This document shows, piece after piece, positions 25,338-38,496 of a stretch of 64,000 bases of DNA. Below the pieces are notes generated by a model. It saw nothing but the letters and a program-made list of their open reading frames with translations. It made no database searches and was not told the DNA's origin. Origin of the DNA: Coniocarpon cinnabarinum (taxonomy: Eukaryota); assembly GCA_051942205.1 (NCBI GenBank), contig JAVECO010000025.1, positions 1 through 64,000 of the forward strand. Direction: 5' to 3'. Position 1 is the stretch's first letter. Every line of letters starts with the position of its first letter. Both the position numbers and the translations under genes were made by a program.

Positions 25338-26547
25338 CGGTTCTTTTGATAGTGTAATTTTCTTGTCATGCGGGCTGCGATACCGCACCGCTGTCACACA
25401 GCACTGTTTTGCGCAGCGTGTCCAGCAGGGAGTGCCGCTAGAACAATCGATTTGGCGTGATATGTGGTGTTTCGAGAACGTGGCCTGCCGCGCAAAGCTG
25501 TTTCAATGCGTTGCGCTGCAGCCCCGTAAGTTTTTTGTCCAACGTGCCGCGCTCGAATAGTAGCTGCGCATCGCGAACTACGAGGACGAATGCCGCGTAA
25601 TAGCAAGCGCAGGCCAGAGCTGCTGATCAACAATGCCTGTATACACAGCACGTCTTCCTATTGCGCGGCGACCAATTGGAACCGAGGAGAAGCGATATGA
25701 GACGAGCAGCATGCACTGAAACGTCGTGCGCGAGTCTGTCTAATTTTACGATTTGCTGGCTTAGATCGAGGCGTCCAGCCTTGCAGCGTTCACCGAGCAC
25801 GGCCTGAGATGGTTACGACCATGCCAATGAAGGCGTCGAGTTTCAGCCCCCTCATTGAGAAGCGAGATGCAGGCGCACCGTTTGCCAATTTCATCGGGTG
25901 CCAGAACGTTGATTGAAGCTTGAAAGAATTGCTGCAGCTGCATGAGCTCTAGCGAATTGTCAACAGAACGTAGGTGCATCACGTGTGTTTTACCACAGGA
26001 AATTCAGACAAGCCATTGGACAAGGGGAACGCATGACGGATGACGTTATGCGCCAAGATCTAATTTTGGAGACTGTGGCATTGCATGTGACACTGGTGAC
26101 TGGGCAGGGTTCTGGGGCGGAGACGCGTCACTCAGAGGGCAACGTGGCACCGCATGCGCCTCCATGGATGATGCAACCGGCTTCCAAGCTTTTCGTTACT
26201 GGGGCCACCTGCACGAGGCTGTGTTTGCGTCGTTTTCCTCGCGCTGCGTCTTGTCGTCGCCCTCAGCCTCTTCCTCTCTTCACTACTTCTGTCCTTTATC
26301 ATTGCTTGCTGCCTCCACCTCCTCATCGACCCTTCACATTTGCCATAACTGTCGCTTCCTCCTCTCTCAACCATCGTTCCCGTACTGTTCGCTCGCTGTG
26401 GCCGCTCGTTTTAACTAATTGAGCGTTTCACTGTTTCCATCGCCTCCACCTGTCCACACACAACTTCGAGCGAAAACCCTCACCGTTCCTCGCAACTCAA
26501 CGATTTCCCCGGAGACACACTCTCGAAACTCAGCAAACAACGCCAGG

Positions 26548-27516
26548 ATGGGTACCATCGCTCGCAACATCTACCTCTTCATCCCCTTTCTCCTCACCGC
26601 CCTCTCGCTCGCTCTCCTCATCGTCGTCATGCTTTCGCAGCATAACACCCACACTCTGACGGACCTCTACTTCCTCCGCATCAACACCGACAATCTCAAC
26701 GTCAAGATCAACGTCGGCAACATCAACATCGACGCCAACCTTGGCCAGACCGATCTTGTCCCAGCCTACTATGACATTGGATTGACCAACTACTGCACGG
26801 GCCCTGCCAACAATTCGGCACCCAACTTCTGCTCGAAGCCTGAAGCAGCTTTCTACTTCAATCCGCTTGAAGTCTGGGATCTGCAAAATAGCCCCATTAA
26901 GAACCTCATTCCGAGTGACTGGCAAAGCGCCCTCAACACCTATCATCAAGCTTCCAAGTTCATGTACGCGGCCTACGTCGTCGCCCTGGTGTTCTCAATC
27001 TTGACGTTCATCCTCGGCATCGCGTCTTTCTTCCTCTCCCGCATCACGAGCATCCTCACTTGGATCTTTGCCGACATCGCTGCCCTCTTCACCGCAGGTG
27101 CTTCCGCCGCTGCTACCGCGATTTTCTCCATCTTGGCCGGTGTGGTGAAGGATAAACTGCATGATGAGGGGATCACGACAAACATAGGCACCCGGCTACT
27201 AGCCGTCAGCTGGATCGCCGCCGCCGCAAGCATTGCCGCCGGTCTTCTCTGGAGCTGTGGTTGCTGCTGTGGCCGAGACGCCCAACGCAACGGCGTCAAG
27301 CGAAACCGAAGCCTCAACGCTCGAAGTGCATATGAGCGTGTGCCTAGTCCTCTCGCGCACAAGACTGAGCGTGACGTCGGACATGAAGAGTCGAGCTATG
27401 GTGGACAACAGGTTCCTATGTATGGCGGGTTGCAACATCAGTGGCCCGCTGGAGGACACAGTGGCATGAGTCGCGAGCATGAGTATACTGGGTATGAGCC
27501 GTATCGACAGGCATGA
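26548..27516 (+). CDS. SUR7/PalI family four-TM membrane protein (Pun1-like)
   Basis: N-terminal TM, LYFLRINT, YYDIGLTNYC..CSKP..FYFNP, three further TM segments. Confidence 0.88.
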   Translation: MGTIARNIYLFIPFLLTALSLALLIVVMLSQHNTHTLTDLYFLRINTDNLNVKINVGNINIDANLGQTDLVPAYYDIGLTNYCTGPANNSAPNFCSKPEAAFYFNPLEVWDLQNSPIKNLIPSDWQSALNTYHQASKFMYAAYVVALVFSILTFILGIASFFLSRITSILTWIFADIAALFTAGASAAATAIFSILAGVVKDKLHDEGITTNIGTRLLAVSWIAAAASIAAGLLWSCGCCCGRDAQRNGVKRNRSLNARSAYERVPSPLAHKTERDVGHEESSYGGQQVPMYGGLQHQWPAGGHSGMSREHEYTGYEPYRQA

Positions 27517-28036
27517 GCATCGGTGGAAGAGGATTGGTGGTGGAAAAGTTGAAATTGCGCTTGGGGGCAAGCCATGATGACCTTGCATTGCATACATAGC
27601 ATGAACTGTAATATATGTAGATTACGATGAATAATGTGACGGCATCTCATTCTTGACACTCACCTTCTCGTGGCTCTTGATATCTGCGAAATTGCATGAC
27701 TCGACTGTTCTCGTTTTACTTGTGAAAGGTTGCCCGTTCCCAGATCCGTCAAGACAGCGGTGAAAGCGATCGAAACCTGGACGAGCCGTTTCAACGACGA
27801 AGCGCTGGCTACGCGTGATTCCAATATGTACATCACGCAATGCAAGGTGCACTCAACCAGATCAATGAGAGTCGAACAAGCGATATCACGTAACGGAATG
27901 AGATATCGGATTACACATCAAGAAAGACACACGGTTCCAGCATGCTTTTGTCTACGACGACCGCCTGGGTATATTTCGCTCGTCAAACTCAACTACCTGC
28001 CTGAGATCCATTCTCCTCAGAAGTCCTGACGGCAAT

Positions 28037-28471
28037 CTATGAAGATGAGGGACCAGGCTTGCCATTATCATCGTGTTTACCATGGTGATCATCATGCTTC
28101 TTGTCAGTGGACGGCTCCCCTGTACCCTGTGCAGCTTGTCCCTGTCCCACCAAACCACGCAGTCTTCCCACGCCCAACGCAGCCCCAATTGCGCCGCGCC
28201 ATCGGCCTTGAGCATTCGGCGGGAGACGGTTCTGATGCTCTTGAGGCTGGTCTCCGCCGTCTGGAGTCGTGATGTGGGTATTGTCCGATTTTGCGGAGCC
28301 CGTTGTGCTGGTCCTGGTCACGGTTGGGTTTGTCGTGCTGGTGTCGGTGCGCGAGTTCGGAGTGAAGTATTTGAGAAAACCCCATCCGGCGGTGTTCGTT
28401 CTGGGGGGGCCATTGGTGTTGTTGTTGGGTTGCTGGGACTCGTTGGACTTGGTGTGATCTTGGCCCGACAT
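28037..28471 (-). CDS. small hydrophilic low-complexity hypothetical protein
   Basis: 144-aa ORF starting CATCATG; N/T/Q/H-rich. Confidence 0.5.
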   Translation of the reverse strand: MSGQDHTKSNESQQPNNNTNGPPRTNTAGWGFLKYFTPNSRTDTSTTNPTVTRTSTTGSAKSDNTHITTPDGGDQPQEHQNRLPPNAQGRWRGAIGAALGVGRLRGLVGQGQAAQGTGEPSTDKKHDDHHGKHDDNGKPGPSSS

Positions 28472-30059
28472 GATGCAAGACTTGGTGGGTATCTAGATTA
28501 GTTATCGGATGCGCGATGCTTGGGGAGGGTACGCAAAAGTCTGTGTCTGGAGAGGGTGAAAAGTGGTTAGATCTGGATTCATTCTACCAGTGGTGGATTG
28601 GAGCAATGAGCATTATATACGAGCATCATGCACGTGCAAGACACGTAGACGACGAACATTTATGACAATGGCAGGTGATGTCAGCGTAATCTTTTCGCTC
28701 ATGCATGTTTCATACTGCGTAAGCGGTCACCTTGCCGTCAGACAAGGCGGCAAAGGCGCCTCATTCTCGGAATCCCCTCTGGCGCCGATCATTCGCTGGA
28801 CAAAGGAACGCAAGCTCCATCATTGACGAAACTACTTTGACCGTTGCTGGACGGTCTGGATTTCATACGTGCTGGGTTCCGGAAATGGCATATGACAACA
28901 GCACTGAACGCACAAGAAGAGGTATGTATGCCTTGACGACTTGGCCACATTACAGAGATGACCCATCAGTGGTGTTCAACAGGGGACTAGCCGTCGATGA
29001 CTCTAAGTATCGGGTCTCAAACGTTGCTTCTGTTCTATTGCCGCATGTGTGTAGTGCAGTCAGCCTTGCCAAAAGCAGTCTTTGGGATCAGAACGCGTTT
29101 CCACAGCATATGAATGCGTTCAGAAGTCAGTGCTATGGCAGAAGCGGTACAGCCCTTTCTTAGTTGACGGCAAAGCCGCAGGTGTGGCAAGCATATACCG
29201 GTTTGGGTCAAGCTTGCGAGCGTAAATATTGGACACATAAACTGAGATAGGTTCATTAGTAATGACTTCCAGGTACAGGTGGCAGCTTCGCAACGGGCCG
29301 AAAAGTCTTGACAGATGTACCGTCTATTAGCCTGAAGGCCAGTGACCTTGGGGGCCGGTTTTGTTCTCGCTGACGCCAGGTCATGGTCTATGAGTGGGCA
29401 ATGGTGCGTCAACAGCGGCCAGCCTAGAATGGTACGCTCGATGTCATGAAAAATAGTTGAGCTAATTTCAGTCCTGATCACCGAGTCGTCCGAGCACATT
29501 AAGGACGACTGTTTTTGGTAGTCGATGCTATATGACATCGTTGTAAGAGGATACGGCTAGGTGAAGTTGACAGATTGACCTTTGCTTGCCTCACAACTCA
29601 GGCAAACACTCATCTTCGCTATGCTTGTAGTTTGGCATACGTCGTCTGGACTTATTTAGCATAGTCCAGCGTATCAGTCCATCAGCATCCTTCGCCGATG
29701 CAAAGTTGGGCTCGCGCATGGAAATTCATTTTCAGCACTAAAGGCAGAATGCTCCCTTGCCATTGCGGTCCTTGGATACAGGAGTTCTGAATGTGCAGTG
29801 GCAGAGAAATACCAGAATACTTACCGGCTGTCTGCTTCAATCCCGTGCAAACAGAACCTTGCCGTAACTAGTATCAATTCCGGTTGTGCCGTATAAGATG
29901 TTGACTCCGTGCTCCGGCGCAGGGTCTTGCACAGACAGATTTAGAAATGGCGTACTCGTGGATCATCGTAGTGAACATTGCCTAAATGTAGGGTCAAGTT
30001 TTGATATATGGAAGATTTCAGCTATGTTAGAGAGTCACATATTAAAGATTGCTGCAAGA

Positions 30060-31225
30060 TTACGGATCAGCTCTTCGCACCACCTTGATACCACTTTTTG
30101 TGTGAGGAGTATGCTGCGAGTCCTTAGAAACAGCGGAGTCCGCCTGCTTCTTCTGACCTTCAGCCTCTTTCTTCCACTTTTCCTCTTCCTCTCTGTCTAG
30201 CTCGTCTCTTCTTGTGATCCACCTCTCTTCAACATCGTTGATGTGCATCATTTGGGCCCCTCCTCCTTCTCTAACCGCCAACTCCCAAGCCGTGGATTGG
30301 TTCATACCCTCAGCACCACCAAATGCGTAACCTCCTGCGCGATCAATCGCCCTGAGCAGCTGCCACATGGATTGTCTATCTTCAACACATAATGTCTCGA
30401 AGCCTACGAGACCGTAATCCTCGACCAATTCCAAGATGGCGTTGTTCAGAGCATGGAACTTCGATTTAGGCTGCAAGTCCATATCATCGCGCTCGTCTAC
30501 TTGCGATGCGTTTGATACAGGGAGACCCTTTTGCTCAGCTTCTAAATGCGGTTCGAGGTAGTCTACCAATGATCGAGCTTCGGTGTAGAAATGTAGTGGC
30601 ATTGGCAGATCGCCGTACGAAGGGAGGTTGTCAATCTTCGTCAAAACGTTGATATGAGGGAGCTCCAGTTGAAGCATGCTTCTTAAAGCCAAAACAAGAC
30701 TACTGACGTATAATGATGGTAGGGACAGGACATACGAGTCCGTGAGTTGTACGACGACTAGCTAGAGCGGTGTTAGCTTGGATTCGGAGACTGAATAGGG
30801 AGAGGATTTCGAATGAGATGAAGGGAACAGCGGACTCTGTACCCAAGCTTTTGAATTCTTTGAAATACGTTCCGCAGCGAATTGTGATTCGTAAAGAGCT
30901 CAGCCTGGCCCGGGCAGTCAAATAGGATGTACTTGTCGCCCACGCTCTTCAGGCCTTCTTCCAGAAATTCGAAATTGTGCTCCAACTCCTCCATGGCATA
31001 TAGCATGCCCCCGTTTGGACCCAACTCTTCCTCGCTCATAATGTCATCGAGCATGATGAGATCGCGGACGTCAAGATCCGCATCGTAGGAAGTATGATCA
31101 TTGGCAGGATCAAGGTTGATGATTGCGCAAGGCCGTTCAATGGCGTTCATGAATTGTTGCATGCCATCACAGTATGTTGACTTGCCCGCACCTGGGGCGC
31201 CAACAATTAGCTGCGCAAAAGGCAT
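30060..31225 (-). CDS. GPN2: GPN-loop GTPase 2
   Basis: MPFAQLIVGAPGAGKSTYC, NLDPAND, LGPNGG, FDCPGQAELF, LPHINVLTKID; intron 30762-30835. Confidence 0.92.
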
Positions 31226-31405
31226 CAAGAAACCTTCAATTGGCACCAAGAATTAACGAAGCAGACTGTGGTTAGGTAGGTAATAGCAAGTAGAGAGGCG
31301 GGGCGGAAAGGTTCCGCTTCGCAGTGAGGTGCCAAAACAAACGCACGTGAATAGCGAGGGCCTCAACCTCTTTCGCAATTCTGGTCCAGATCTGTAGAGG
31401 GTGAC

Positions 31406-32560
31406 ATGGCTTCAAGTAAGTTTTCATGTCATGAACATTTGTATTGCGCTGACGAGATGTAAATAGATCAACAAGATCTATCACCGCCGCCCGGCGACGC
31501 CATTTCCTCTGTAGCTTTCCATCCAACCAACCCTGATCATCTGCTGGTTACATCCTGGGACCGATATCTCTACCACTATGACCTGACAGCTTCCTCTGGC
31601 TCACAGCTTCAATCACGCGTCGAACACCGAGCTCCAATACTCTCTTGCGCGTGGCATTCCTCGGATTCTCCCCCTACGGCTTACACAGTGGGTCTAGACT
31701 ACGATGTCCGCGCTGTCAACCTGTCAACCTCAGAGCAAGTTGTGCTCAGTACGCATGACGCTCCCTCCGCTCAAGTCGTCTATGATCAAGCAACGAACGC
31801 GCTCATCAGCGCATCTTGGGACTGCACATTACATATACACCAACCAAGTCCAGATAACCCATCCGATGTCTCCGCCGCCGCCGTAGCTACGCTGAAGCTC
31901 CCAGCAAAACCCTTCGCCCTCGCTCTGAGTCCCACGAACCTGATCGTCGCCATGTCGACACGAGTTGTCTATATCTACAGTCTCAAGTCTCTGGCAGCTC
32001 TTTGCGCAGAACCCCAGTCCGATGGCGCGTTGACCACAGAGCCTCTTCAGAGCCGAGAGTCCGCGCTCAAGTTCATGACCCGCGCAGTTGCCGCTATGCC
32101 AAGTGATGCTGGTTTCGCCTGCAGCAGCATTGAAGGTCGCGTCGCTGTCGAGTGGTTCGATCCGAGTGAAGAGATGCAAAAGAAGAAATACGCTTTCAAA
32201 TGTCACCGTACGAAGTCGAAGCAGAGGGATCCTGAAACTGGCCAAGATGAGGACGTCGATATGGTATACCCGGTCCACGCGCTGGCGTTTCACCCAGTAC
32301 ACGGCACCTTCGCGAGTGGAGGAGGGGATGGAACCGTCGCTCTTTGGGACGCTGGAGCAAAGCGTCGACTACGCCAGTATCAGTCACTGGGTTCAAGTAT
32401 CGCAGCCATGGCATTCAGTTGCGATGGCAGACATCTGGCGATAGGAGCAAGTCCGGGATTCGAAAGTGGAGATGAAGGTGAGGCACTGCACGAGGGGGAG
32501 GTCAGAGTCGTGGTGAGGGAAATTGGAGAGAAAGAAGCCATGGCGAAGGCTTCCAAGTGA
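31406..32560 (+). CDS. BUB3: spindle checkpoint WD40 protein Bub3
   Basis: 10-nt exon 1, intron 31416-31466. PPGDAISSV, RESALKFMTRAV, SSIEGRVAVEWFD, KYAFKCHR, VYPVHALAFHP, KRRLRQY. Confidence 0.93.
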
Positions 32561-33661
32561 ATCCAGTGGTGAATGGCTTTGAGCAAGAGTTTTTCACACC
32601 CAAAATCTCAACGACTCTAGCAGATGAGTTTCCGCGGCCTTACGATCCCGAGCACAGTACCTGACTTGGATGAAAACATTTTCCTCGCCCGAGACTCGTA
32701 CTCGCTTGCCATCCCTTCGAAAAACTTTCGAAAGTGGCGTATTGAAAGCTATATGGCCCGCAGAATGCCAGTCTCATGCAATACTTGAACGTATCCGGCT
32801 GCATAACTGTGCTGGCACGGCTGGTGTTCCAATAGCTTGATACGAGTTCTATGGGACCACAAGTTTTCCAAGACACCTCTCACACGGCGAATGCATGGCA
32901 AAGCCTCAACTGTAAACTTTCCGTTGAAGTTTAGGACCGGAAAGGTCGTCAAATATTACAGTCACACTATCCATGAGATAACAAACGTCCACCGACCAAG
33001 ATTGCCTATTGTTTACTTTAGGCTGCGCGATTGATTGTCATTTCTGAGTGGCACTCGGAAAACTGGCACTTTGTGCGGAAATATGCTATTGAGGGCAGAT
33101 CCATCTTGCAGCAGACTTGTGGCGACCTCGCCGTTCCTGAGACGTCCGAGTCTTGGAGCAAATAATTGTTTCGTTGAAGACATGAGTCGTGTGAGACAGT
33201 GGCTCGTCCAGCGTTGAGCAGTATGGCTCGCTGTTTCTGCCACTCATGGGGCCAGAGGGTGAAAAAGGCATAAGCCTCACGCTGCCGCCCCGTGTTGGCT
33301 TTTGATTTGCGTCCTAGGATTTGGCCTTCCCGCAATAGCATACGTGGCAAAATAGCCCTTTCGCATGCGCGGCGCACTATCCGAAATATCCGAACCGAAT
33401 ATCATGACCGACCTCTAGCAACGTGTAAAGCGAGGTCGAATTTTGGGCCCCTCAAACGATTTCGCAAGTTGTCAGCCACTTGCGCATTGGTCAAACCAGA
33501 CATCGCCTTGGAAAGACCTTGCGTACGCTCTGCTTGCTGTAATAATGCTTCTACGGCTGCCGCCTTGTGGTTGGAGAAAATCGTTTTGAACGCACCCAGT
33601 CAAACGTACAGCGTCATCCTATAAACCATCCGACGCATCGGATTACACGCATATTCATGAA

Positions 33662-34611
33662 ATGTCCAGCAAAGAGATGAACAACCATTGCAAATGGATC
33701 TTTGAGAACGCGCGCTCAAAGCTCGCAGTGCGTACTGTCCACAACACTCGAACGATATTGGTCTGTTCAAACAACATTCATGCTCCGGAAATTTTCGACG
33801 GACAATTAGGAAGCGCCCCTAGAAGCAAGCATTTCCTTGATACGTACGCAGGTACGTCCACGTCAGGATCACGTCTTCCTTATCGGAGTGAATCAAATGC
33901 CCACTGACTGGCAGGCCTCTATAGTCTTTAAAGACAGTGATTTGCGAGCGTCCGTCTTGGTAGAGTTTCGAACAGGAAATGTGGAAATTCGCTGCTCCGA
34001 CGAGTATTCTCATGAAGATGGTATTATTGTCCATTTGAAGCCGGCAAGAGCTGGAGGAAGCCGGTGGTTCAGCGGCTTTCAATCCCACGAAATTCGATTG
34101 GAAGACTCCAGCGGCAACCATCAGAATGGCATAGAAGACCAAACGCCAGCGACTATTAACTTTAGTTCGCACAAGTTGTCTGGATCGTACAAGCTACCTT
34201 TTTCTCGGAGGAAGACGCCCTCTACGGAGAATCCCAAGGATCCTGAGGATCCTGGAGATCTGAAGGATCATGAGTTTGAAATACATATGCAGGGATCAAT
34301 TGGCAACAGTACCTTACAGGGATGGTCTAAGCCGTACGGATCGGGACGCGTGTACCAAACGCGGATCGGGGAAACTCATGGAGTGAAAGGTCAATATAAT
34401 GCAGGGCTCGTAAGTTGTGCCAGTCATTTCAATTCCTTCGGAGCGCCTGTGCTAACTCTGATGGACGCAGCTAGCTGCTGGACTCGTCGCTTTGGATTCT
34501 CATATTCGCATGAAGAGCCCGATGCGATATGTCCTTCATCAGTGTATATTTGCAATTAAAGACAGGACGAGGGCTAAGCTTTGGAGGACGCCATTGCTCG
34601 CCGATGGATGA
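33662..34611 (+). CDS. orphan protein A (possible tubby/LURP-one-like beta-barrel), paralogue 1
   Basis: First intron ends at ~33851 (donor 33728 or 33761); second intron 34410-34470 followed by LAAGLVALDSH. Confidence 0.55.
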
Positions 34612-35141
34612 ATATTCAATGCAAGTTCGTGGAACGGTCGTCCCCCCATTGAAACATGTCGACCGGGTACAAGCAATGATGGTCGTGTCCCCTAATCTTT
34701 CCGCATTACGTCAGTAGCGTACATGGCAACCGTGCGAACTGCAGCTATAGAATGCAGCACAGCTGGGCAGCCTCTCGAAAGCTTTCATCATTAGCAAACG
34801 CCATACTAGAGTTGCCCACGTCTGCCGGGGAATAGGGAATGTATGCGAATGAGGACCTGCTCCTGTGCTGCGCTTTTCGTGGTGAAGCTCTGTATTACTG
34901 ACTTTCTACCTCATCGCGTGCAAAGTTTCAAATGGTACGACGCGGAAGTCGGTCAACAACAAGTTTGTTGAGACTCTCTGTTTGCAAGGCTAATCCCGTG
35001 TGAGCCCGATGATGGCGATGCATCACGATACAAAGGGCTCTCTGCGCCCACTTGGTCTTGCATTCGCGTTTCCACATCAGCCACCTGCACATCCTGTTTC
35101 TCCAATTAGCATTCACGCGAAAAAGTTAGTTGATCCTCAGC

Positions 35142-35917
35142 ATGTCTTCCATGGCCATGGACGCTGGACACTTGGACATCAACAACGTGGATCCAACTGA
35201 TGTTTCTCTTCAAGACATCCAGCGAATCAAACTTATATTTCTATGTTCTGGACCGAACAATGAAGCCAACCAAAATACCGAAGTGTGGCTCACTGATGTA
35301 TCGGGTCGTGAACATCTCGTTCTGGAGGGGTTTACTAGCCCTCACACGTCGTTCTCGATGGGTGAGGACACTCCATCACCGACGCGTCAATGAACGAGTA
35401 CTTACATTTTTCAACAGTGATGTGGAAGGCGGCGGGACTGACCATTGCTCAACGCATCGAGCGTCGTGGCGAGAATTATGCCTTCACCATTCGGCCAACC
35501 AATGTGTATGAGAGAATCAACTATCGCACGGAGGATGATCCACTAGGGTACCTCATGACTGAAGCGCACCATCGAATGGTCAAGGTCCATCCAGAGCAAG
35601 ATTCCTCCATCAAAGCTACCCTGAAAAAGAAAAAGGACTTGAAGGTTACTCTCCCTGGCTCACATCATATGCAATTGGTTGGCAAACGCGATCAGTATAA
35701 GGAACCTCACGCCCCTCAAACGATCTCGCATATCGCATATGAAATTGGCACCCAGGATCCTGGCCTAGCAGAAGCAAAGGTAGATGCATTGCAGGTACGT
35801 CGTTGTGATCATGCCCATACGCTACTGAGAGGGCATGCATGGAACGGGCCTGCTGACGTTCTGTAGCTTTCGGCTATGCTTATATGCCTCGAGTGCATGT
35901 CACACGACCGTCTGTAG
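35142..35917 (+). CDS. orphan protein B (possible tubby/LURP-one-like beta-barrel), paralogue 2
   Basis: Introns 35362-35417 (phase 1, before MW) and 35795-35866 (phase 0); ends KVDALQ|LSAMLICLECMSHDRL*. Confidence 0.7.
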
Positions 35918-37105
35918 TTCATCAAGCTGCCATGGCAGTCAGAGTAGCACTACAAAGATGCAGCTTGTTTGTCCAATGATTTTCTAAATTGCACGTTTCG
36001 TGCGACTTAAAATAAGTGCTCTGAGATGTATGGGCTTTTTTGCAGCGTGATAGTTGAACCTAGAGCTTCTACCCAAGTCCTCAGAGCCATGTGCAGTATT
36101 CACGCCTCTCGGCTGATGATGAAACATTTTTTTTGAACTGCGTGAACGCCCACACAAGCCTCGCCACTTCCTCACAAAGCTAGCACGAGCAATGTAGTCG
36201 AGCTATAGCGAGTTACAACAGTATCTTCCTCGTCAAAGACGACGGTCTGCATATGCATCGAGCGACGGCCCGCTTGTGCCAAACATCCACACGTCTCTTT
36301 GGTCCACATCATGTCTTGCTCAAAACCCTCAGTAGCTCTGAATGTATCTCGGTCATCTCGGCTCTTGTCAACATGAGGGGAATCGCAGGTTTCTTCAAGT
36401 TTACTCAAATCACCTCGTTGTTGTACATGCTCCTGACTAGGACGCTGAAAGTCAGCCAGGGACCCAGCGTGACCGGCCCCGAGATTGAATCACGTGACTA
36501 TTTGCACGTGATCTTGACCCGTGAAACGCAATATCTCAATTGTGCGACTGAGTTTCATTCAAGTCCACCAGATGCCTGCCTATTGCTCATTTCATTCAAC
36601 ACACACAATTTGCAGGTAAGTCCGCCATTTCTGGCCATAGTTGCAAATGCACGCGTTCGTGCTGTGAACCTCAGATGAGGATGCAAGGCGGGTGAACGTC
36701 TTGGTGCGGGCTACTCGGGTATCACGGCCCGCACTGAGCATCGTTTGGAAGGACACATTTGCTGATCGTTTCATCACACGCGCTTGTAGAGGTAGGTGTG
36801 GAGGGCGAGTCGCTTTTGTGTCCGCCTTCCTGCAATCCAATCCACCGTTGCGTGGCGACCGCACCTCGATGCCAAAGCCACGTCGGCCCCGAAGCTGTTC
36901 ATTGCGATACATGCCAATCAAAAATTATGTCAGTGCGGCTCGTCAATGGCCCCCAAGCTTCCATCTATTCGTAGAGGACAAGTGTGATATTATTATGACA
37001 GGTGTCTAGCCAATGTAGGTTGTAAAAACGCTTCGGGCCTGTGCCCGCTTCCCAAATGTAGCGCGTATTCTAGCCTTGCTTCCCCTTATGTCATAGTGTA
37101 CCGAT

Positions 37106-38266
37106 ATGTCTACCACTGCTGGAGATGAGCCTACCGTGGATGTCGACCTGCACAAGGTATCGTTCGAACATTGGAAAACCATCGAATTTAGGCTGCTGTT
37201 CACGAAGACCGATGCATACGGACGAAATCTAATGACCTTGATGACACCCAGGAAGGGCTACGGAAAGACAAAGGACGACGAGGATGGGGACAGTATGGAA
37301 TGCGTCCTACATGGCGATGGTGTGCGGTCTGAGAAAGCTCAGGATGATCAAGAGCTCTTCAAATCAAGCAAGCATGCTCTTAGCACGTCCTTCATCACAG
37401 GCTGACGATCAAGCAGCCATGTGGGATCGAAGGGAATCTGCCAAAGGGAAGAAGAAGAAACCGGATGCGAACACAGAACTATTCACTACCAGACAGACTA
37501 AACCTGGAGAAATCCACCTCAAGGAAAAGCATCACATATTCGAGCACACCATTACGGAAGAGGAGGGAAATGGGTCCTGTGGTGTAAAATGTGCGCACGA
37601 CCTACTGAATCATGAGAAAATTCATTATGCTGGTCTAGCCTCAGACACCTTACAACTAAAAGGTGACTGCTTCCCCAACGGACTTCTTGAAGGTAAGCGA
37701 GAGAAAGGTAAGCGAGCCTCGTACGTGAAATACACTGTCACCTTGCCGGAAACGCCTCAGGATTCAAAGCACATAGACGTCATACGAGTGAGCTTCTAGC
37801 CAGACCACGTGATTGAGCTGATATTGCTGACAATTCTTAGTTAAGTGCTATGCTCCACACCCTGGAGTGTTGCAGAATACAAGGTTCCAACGGGAAGGGA
37901 CAGGAAACATCGACCGGGAAGCAGAATCCTTCTAGCAAAGTGGATAAGAGTAAACAGATTCCGGCTGGTACAAGCACAAATGTGGAGGTGAAGAATACTT
38001 TGCAGCCAGCAAAAGCAGAATCAAGCGTAAATGGCCAAAGTCCGGGTTCGAGTCCGGATGTGCATAATGCCGACGCCGGCGACAAAGCGGCCATACAGCA
38101 ACCAACTCATGAGCAATCAAGTCAACAGACTCAAAGGCAACCGCGTGAGCAGACTCAAAGGCAACCGCGTGAGCAGACTCAAAAGTCAACAAGTCAGAAA
38201 ATTTCGGGTAACTCCAACAAAGGAAAAGGAGAGAAACCGTGGTATAAATCAATGTTCGGGAGGTGA
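37106..38266 (+). CDS. orphan protein C (possible tubby/LURP-one-like beta-barrel plus disordered tail), paralogue 3
   Basis: Introns 37320-37416 (phase 1, before MW) and 37788-37840 (phase 0); HIDVIR|LSAMLHTLECCR, then a Q/S/K-rich tail. Confidence 0.7.
38126..38183 (+). repeat. 24-nt coding tandem repeat (QTQRQPRE)x2 plus partial
   Basis: CAGACTCAAAGGCAACCGCGTGAG x2 followed by CAGACTCAAA. Confidence 0.9.
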
Positions 38267-38496
38267 AAAGAGAGCGACACGCAGTGCAAGATTGCTTAAC
38301 TTGACGAGCATCCTTTATAAGAATCCGAGATGTGGATATCATGTTCAGTAAGTAATGTCTAGCCAACATGACTGTAGTGTTCGATGATTTCAATATCACT
38401 TCGAGTTTGTTTATCACGTTGAAAGTGCGTCCGCTGGCGTTTCCTAGATCCTACGCACGAAGCCGATGTCTTCTTGAGCCGTCAAGAGACTGCGTC

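Noticed and set aside
28732..29900. ORFs 28732-29163 and 29035-29538
   Set aside because: No recognisable motifs or convincing splice model; left uncalled
36490..36512. Two adjacent CACGTG boxes upstream of paralogue C
   Set aside because: The motif is frequent in this window and no target logic can be supported
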